Both the position numbers and the translations under genes were made by a program. Source: Hydrolagus affinis (taxonomy: Eukaryota). Taken from it: DNA of 64,000 bases. The stretch spans positions 1-64,000 of the forward strand of contig JAAILG010000212.1 of assembly GCA_012026655.1 (NCBI GenBank), read 5' to 3'. This document shows positions 56,793 through 64,000 of this stretch, one piece after another. The notes under the pieces are model-generated. The model did no database searches, was not told where the DNA came from, and worked only from the letters and a program-made list of their open reading frames with translations. Within the stretch, counting starts at the first letter, position 1. Every line of letters starts with the position of its first letter.

Positions 56793-59700
56793 ATGAAACT
56801 CTATTAAATGCAAGGATTATAATTTTTTAAGACTAAATTGCTGATTAGGCATCAGATTGGTAACAATAATGCATATATAAATTTATATATAGAATGTAGA
56901 GGAGAGGAAGTAGTGTTTGTTCTTAATCCAATTAGAGACACAAATGATACATTTTAAAGTGATACTCAATTATGTTTTTTTCTAACATTGCATCAGCGGA
57001 AATCTATTTGAATTACAAAGCTACCTTAAAATCTACAACGAATTTGACCATTAGAAAGTGAATATCCAAGACTTTTTTTCAGACTTTACAACTGACACTC
57101 ATGATATTTCAAAAAGATCTGAGTCTAAAGTTAACTATTATGACTCTCTAATGTTATTAATGCAAAAGATTGTGGAATATACAATATCAAATTACATTGG
57201 GAGAGCACCTTTCACTTTGGGATGATGTTTCAAGGTGCTGGACAGCACTTTTTAACTTTGCATTTTTGTTTGGGCTTAATTTAGTGGCTAGAATATGGAT
57301 TTGATGCTCTATTTGGAAGTTGCTGTCAGAAGGACAAATGTTGCAACAACAGAATGTTGAAAGATATCAAAATAATTTGTGGAAATTTTAGATGTTTTCC
57401 TGTAAAAGATTTATGTGGGAGAAGTTTGCTTTGTCATATTTATCTGTCTTTTGTTTTCACTATTTACAAGACTATTTTGCAAGCCACAAGAGTAATTTGA
57501 TATAAGCATCCACTGACTTCATTCCATCAAAGCTTTTAACTTCCAGTTACTGTATGTTTTATAGCTGGATTAAATCAATATATAATGAAAACCCTGGAGA
57601 ATGATAAACAAGTGTATCAATTTAGTTTATTACCGCATCTTATCAGTTACTGTTTTTTGACTAGTCGCTTGGAGGTGGTATTTCTAAATAGCTTTGCTGG
57701 TGGCGAGCCAATGCTATGTTATGAAAAGGAAAAAAATTCTGTTAAAAATGGATATCTGGTTGCTTTGTAAATGTTTTCTGTTGTATTTAGATTTGTGCTG
57801 TTTGCAAGACTTTGATGGTAGTTGTTTGAGTTATGCAATGCTTCTGTAAGTTTATTCCTTGCCAGAGTTAATGCAATAACCTTGGTACAAACCACAACAT
57901 AAGCTTAGTGATGACAATTGATAACACTATTTTTCATTCCGATAATTGAGTAACAGGAATTCCTAGGGGAGTGGTGGGAGGGAGACGGTGTTGTCTGACG
58001 AATTAAGCAAATAAATTCAAAGCAGAAGTCCTTCAAAGGTGTAAAACATTTTTCTAAGTGAAAGCTGTTTTAAAGATTGCACAGGATCATATTTGCATTC
58101 AATAATGTATCTAATACAAGTAAGAATTGAAATCCATTTTAATTATTGATAGTTAAAATCATTCTGGTAAGTAATAATACAAGTAGATATGACTTGAATC
58201 CATTTAGCAGCTAATTCATCTGAGTGCACATTCATGGCAAGGACAGCTCAGACGCTCATCAAGTTGGCTTGAGGCTGTTAACATTGAATAGTATTTTCAT
58301 ATAAAAAAGTAAGAGCATCACATTGAATTTATTTCACTGTTGCAAATATAGGGGTTGTTGTTCTTGTTTTTTGCAATTGTCTGGACGATTTATATGTTGA
58401 TTTGGGTTTGCTGCCAATTTTGAGGAGTAAATGGAATGGACTTCAGTTGAAAGAAATGGGTGTTGGAGCAGGATCTAATCTTGCAGTGTCTCTCTTATTG
58501 TGGGAATAGATGGAAGACTCAAGAGTTCAATTCTGCCCTCTCTCTCCTGTGGCCCGTATTTCTGTATATCTGGTTATTACACATTGGTGGAACAACTCTT
58601 TGACCCAACAGAATTTCAAGCTTCTGGACTGAAGGAGAGTGATGCAAATCAGCAAAATAACAAATAAAAATAGAAGATGCAGTTGCCTCATTATTATCAC
58701 CTGTAAACTTTGGTAGCCCTTTTGTTGGCTTTGAGATACATTTTCATTGTGCCAAACATTACAACTTGAAATTGTCCACATCATAATATTGGACTGGGAG
58801 AAAGATCAAATTTAGTGCACTTTTGAAGTCCTGTGGACATTGTTTGCAAGTACACTGCCTCAAATTACTATTAATCTTAATTTATGGGCACTTTTAAAAT
58901 AATGTATTGGCAAGACGAGTGGAGGGACCTATCTATTACTGAAGTAGGAGACTTTAAAAATGAATAATTAGGTTTAAAAATTCCCATTATAGATTTTTGT
59001 AAACTCAAATTTGAAACCAATGAAGGCTTTTATTGGGATTTGAGCTAAAAAAATGTATCAGGCCTGAGTCTGGTACTACATTCCAATTTTGCTTTACAGT
59101 ACATATTGCTACTGCAGAAATTATTATATTGACTGATGTGAAGGCATCCTATCCTTGATGCACATGTTGACAGAGAACGAGAGCATGGGTTAAATGAGTG
59201 CACAAATTATAAAAACCACATTTACCACCAAATTAGTTCATTTCATGTTGCAGATTTATATTTCACTAGTTGAAAAGATATACTTATTATTAAGGTTTAA
59301 AAGAACAGTGACAAAATAATTCATCCTATTCTATTTGAGGATACAAGGAAACCTTGTTATAGTGCAGTCATTTGGATCCAATGTCATTTAAGTGCCACCT
59401 TTTAAATGAGATGCACAACAAATGAATGATTCATGGAATGTTCTGCTGTAAATTCGCTTTCTTTGGACTACGTACAGCAACCTCTACGACTATCACTTCC
59501 AGCCTAAAGGAATTGGTGTTAGTTGAAATCTGATATCTAGGAAGTCTGCTATCTGCCGCCTGACCCACACCAAACCTCGTATCCAGATTACTCCAGTTCT
59601 TGCCACACTCCACTGTCTCCCGGACACAGAGCAGATCGACATCAAGATCCTCACTCTTGTGTTTGAATCACTTCACTCCTTGGCACTCTATTGATGGGTA

Positions 59701-62700
59701 CTGTAACTGAATTGCTCAGTGCCTTTGAAGCAGGAATGGACACTCTTAAGTGAAACAAATAAAATAATTCACCAGCCTATTTAGCAGATTTTTAAACTGT
59801 AAATCTAAATTTTGAAAAATTGATCTTTTCTTGTTCCTCTTGTGCTGCAACCATCTGAAGCTCAAACAGAATGAGACTCCCTCAACAAGGTATTCAAGCT
59901 TTATTTTCCAAAATTTTACTGAGATTACTGACATAATCTGGAATTAAATCTCTCATTAGGTCAGAATTTGCATTACAAATATTTTAGGATTGTAGCATTT
60001 AACTAACTATAAACTAATAAAGTACAACTCTTAGCAAAGCAGGAGACTATTGCATAATTTGATCAAATTGCAGAAAAATATTGGGCATCAAATAAAAATA
60101 TTGGGCATCAAATTAGTTTGGGGAATTGTTCACAGAGGTTTACTTTGATTTTCCTTGAAAAGCAATCAAAATTTCTCTTTACACTCATCCCAAGTTTTCC
60201 ATTATTTACAAATAAAGGCTGAGTTTGTACATTTGGCAGGGAAGACGAGGCCTGTGAATCTAATGAGATGGGTGTATTCTGATTAGAGACCTGAAAGTCT
60301 CAAATCTCATCTGAATTGAATATTAAATTAATTGAGTTAAGGACGTTGTGGACATTCAAAACTACTTAGGAATCTGCTTTCATACCAAGGTTTTACAACC
60401 CATGAAGTATTCTCTTACTTTGGTGTGAAATGTATATTAAATTGACTGGAATCAAGCTAATGAAAATTCAGAGTTTGTTTAAGACTTGCTTAAAACTAAG
60501 AATTTGTTTCACAAGTAAATTTTGCTGGACGAATAAAGAAACAGTTGAGTTGTTGGAATAGCTATTTCACCATTGCTGCCTAATTCACTTGTATTTTATA
60601 TTTTAAAGCTTGTTTACTTCAAGGCAGAAAAATTGCATATGTTCAATAACATAATTAAAATAGGACAACAATATTTGCTGTTATGCTGACTTATAGCAAT
60701 ATTATTATGATAAAATCCAAAACAATGTGTTCATTCACAATAAGTAAACATCTTTTGCATGGGATTGTTCAGAATTACAGTTAACAGTAGAATGAATGAT
60801 TGTGGATCCTTGGAAGTACGGCCAGTAGTAGCTAACGCTCATTTGAGCTGATAATTGCGAGCGTTGAATCAAAGAACCAAAGTTGAGTCCACAGCAGTTG
60901 TGTTGCAGTTGCATTCTCGTATCGTTGCAGTTCTTCTGTTCTTGTCTTGTGCTTGTTTGCCTATGTTGTTGCAATTCTGCAATCTTGGAACAGTTGAGGT
61001 CAAGTCCAAATGGCTTAAGACACAGAACGTTGGGTGGAAGTTCTGCCTTCCTGGAGGAGTGGAAAACATAGTTGCCCTTTCAATATCCTCAAACCAAATG
61101 CTCACATGACCAATTCTGACTGAACAACTTAATTATACCTCTTTTTTAATATTGTCATTTTTTTAAACATCAGTATGGTCCGTGCAAGTCTACATGTTCT
61201 CACCCACTTTATAATTGTTTTAAGGCTGATTTAAACAAGCTGCAATCATCATTGAATAGTACCCCCTAAATGATTCAATGCAAAACAAGACGGTGGCATC
61301 ACCAACTAAAAAGAGAGCTGCAATACAGTAAATACCTTTCTTACTTCTGAACCAATTTCATTCTTCAAGGCACACCTACTGTCATTTTTGCTAACATTTT
61401 GTCTAAAGTTAAAACTACCCCATCACATAAATCATGCTAAGACCTAAACGCTTTTTGTTGACTCTTATGAGACATTTAGAGACTATAAATCATTCCAATA
61501 TGGACTAAGCATAAGCATTTCTAACTGAACTAACTAAAATAATATATTAAGCAATAATATAATTCTGATTCCAACTTTTATCTTCAAGCAAGATCTCAAA
61601 TCTTAAGAATGCTCAAGATCAGAATTTTCTACCTGATGAGAAAAATTAAGGATACAAACCTGTATTCTTTTAATCCATAGCACAAAGCATTGGTATGAAA
61701 TACTGTTGTTACATTTCTGTGTGTATTGCCAACTGGGTTGGATCATATGAAGCACTTGTGTATGTCAGTACATTGAGGAGAGGGGGAGAATTCAGCTATT
61801 CTAAGTATGGCAAAATTCTCTCTGAATAAAGTGAGCCTAGATTTATCAATTACCGGTAACCAGAGGCCTTTAGCTGTTATTTGTTGCATTGCACTTTTTA
61901 AGATCCCAGTGGAGCATATCTGCAGCACCATTCTGAATATCATTAAAGTAGTATAAATTCAGTATGTGATGGCTCTTGAAAGCTAGATACAAACGTTGAT
62001 CTACTTTAAAGGAAAATGCAAAAAGCTATAAGTAAAATGCGCACTTGTTTTATGTTCTTTGATCCATTTTTTCACTTTGCCCTAATATAGTGATATTGTT
62101 AAAATACTGAATAAAATGAGTTCAGGAGTATGTGACTGACATGAGACAGTGCAACCGATGACCAGTGAAAAATTACATGTGAAAGCTATGAGTTGTTTGT
62201 AGCTTGTTTAAGAGAGACATTCACAGTGTGTTATTCTAATGCAGTATGCCTTATGAAAAAGACATGTTAAAACAGTTTAATAATAGCAGCACAAGTTGAA
62301 AAAACAAAAAATTGGAAGCAACTAAATTAAGCAAACCGACTATTTTATCAAATTTGCACTTTTTAAGGCTTTCAGAACAAAAACAGTGTGATCTCTGATG
62401 GAGTTACCTAAAGATATGTGGCAATATCTGAATCTCTCCACGAGTGGTAGAGGCAAACTGAAATAAGTTTTTAAAAAATCACTGAGATATAGGTCCATGG
62501 GAAGCTTTCTCCTGTATCTGATGCCTATCTGAGTTTACTGAATGAATTACTTTTACGTTATTTATTTTGAGGTGCCAATTATCCTCTCATCAATGGTTAT
62601 TTTCTACTCCAGTTGCAGCCTAGAATGCCTTGAGGAGTTTGTCTTTGTGGAAATACACCATTGTTCATTTGAATGTGAGCTGCCAGTTCAAAAACAACTT

Positions 62701-63419
62701 GAGTGCTTGGGCTGAGTGACTGAGGAAAGCAACTTGCTTCTAAATAGCTTCAGGACTTCTGTGGCCCACTTACTGGTACTAAACAGTATTTGTATATTTG
62801 TGGCCCATTTGACCATGTTGTGCTTAGCTTTTATTGTAATTCAAGGAGCTTTTATGCTTTTGCTACTGGATAACAAATTAACCATTCTCTGATACAATCA
62901 AAGTTCTTCTCTTACTTTAGTGGTAAATTATTATGACTTTAGAATTAGACTTTGTTGGACTCCTGAGATTGACTTTTTTCTCCCTGTTCTTTCTCCTTCA
63001 AGTCCCGCCTCAAGACCCTTCTACATTGATCACCACCCCCACCCACCATTCTCCTCCTTTCCCTCCACCCTAACCAATCCTGACCCCAGCTCAGGTCTGA
63101 AACACTGACTGTCTAGCACCTTGGGACGTCGTACCCAGGTGAAAGGCGGTATACAAATATAATTTTATTGTTGTTCGACAAGTATGTATTCTTGTGTAAT
63201 GATGTTTCTCCCACAAATATAGTCAATTCACTTTACAGTGTATGACATCAGCTGTCCAGATCAATATCAACACTACCAGAATACGGAGCAGCGTTCTGTA
63301 GGTTGTGTTGAATGGGCAGAACTTTCATATCCTTAAACATTACAGAATTGTGTATGTTTATGCAAGTATTTGATAATAAGAAACATTGTACATAGTGCAG
63401 ATTACATTTGGTACTTATG

Positions 63420-63632
63420 CCCTGGAATGCATTGGCTGAAAAGGTGGTGGAGGCCAATTCAATAACAGCTTTTAAAAGATAATTAGATCTTTATTTAGGG
63501 AGAAGAGGTCTGTTAGGTTATGAGCAGAGAGCTGGGCAGTGGGATTGAGTTGCTCTTTTCAAAGAGCCGGCACAGACTAGATGGGCCGAATGGCCTCCTT
63601 TTGTGCTGTAAAATTCTATGAATCTATGATTC
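63420..63632 (+). mobile_element. CR1 3' fragment
   Basis: TGGAATGCA...GCTCTTTTCAAAGAGCCGGCACAG...(ATTCTATG)-type tail. Confidence 0.85.
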
Positions 63633-64000
63633 CTTCGAGATACTCTAAATTGAAATCCCAGCTATCATCATTTGAATAGGCCTCTATCTTCACTGAACTT
63701 TCTTTAGCGGTGGTTGAAAAACACTACCTCTTGAGCAATGAAAGGAAGTATTCACATCCTACCAGTGTGCAATATTTGTTGGAGTAAACTGTCCTCTCAA
63801 CGTGAAAGGCGCTATATAAATATAATTTTGTTGTTGTTGTACGCTAGATGTCATATCCATTGGTTATATTTACCAAGCAATTCACAAAAGTTAGTTTATA
63901 TTTGCCAATTCTGATATATCTATCACTTCTTTCCTGGAGAGCACAATAAACTTGCGGATGCGCAAAGAACTGAAGCTACACTGGTGGAAGCTAAAACATA

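Noticed and set aside
60074-60113. 20-bp perfect tandem duplication AAAAATATTGGGCATCAAAT x2
   Set aside because: Real but ordinary slippage with no functional context; not CRISPR-like (no spacers, eukaryotic DNA).
52500-64000. Neighbouring protein-coding gene (e.g. C10orf53-like, expected from human synteny)
   Set aside because: No recognisable coding exon found; the short ORFs at 58527, 60735-61109 and 61743 have no identifiable motif.

Overview
AT-rich eukaryotic (vertebrate) genomic DNA. Its repeat content (CR1 and L2 LINEs, a tRNA/CORE-type SINE with an (ATT)n tail, Deu-domain SINEs) suggests a cartilaginous fish, probably a chimaera. The main feature is a complete + strand gene for the 2-oxoglutarate dehydrogenase E1-like subunit (OGDHL). 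I traced 22 GT-AG coding exons by hand from ATG 20330 to TGA 52380 (3024 nt, 1007 aa), with consistent intron phases. A CpG/GC-rich promoter lies at about 17860-18320, next to a 100-N gap. Catalytic and ThDP-binding motifs are intact, but the protein differs from my recollection of the mammalian proteins in three ways: the DADLD Ca2+ motif reads DANFD; several normally invariant residues are substituted; and the C-terminus appears cut short by a frameshift, with an ancestral-looking FEGxxx* tail still readable in another frame. Other points of interest are a TA-flanked Tc1/mariner-type MITE carrying a perfect 20-bp double-ETS palindrome, a possible divergent spliced antisense transcript, nested retroelements with target-site duplications, and a perfect 107-bp tandem duplication. 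No other protein-coding gene could be recognised. All comparisons with reference proteins and repeat families are from memory, not from searches.
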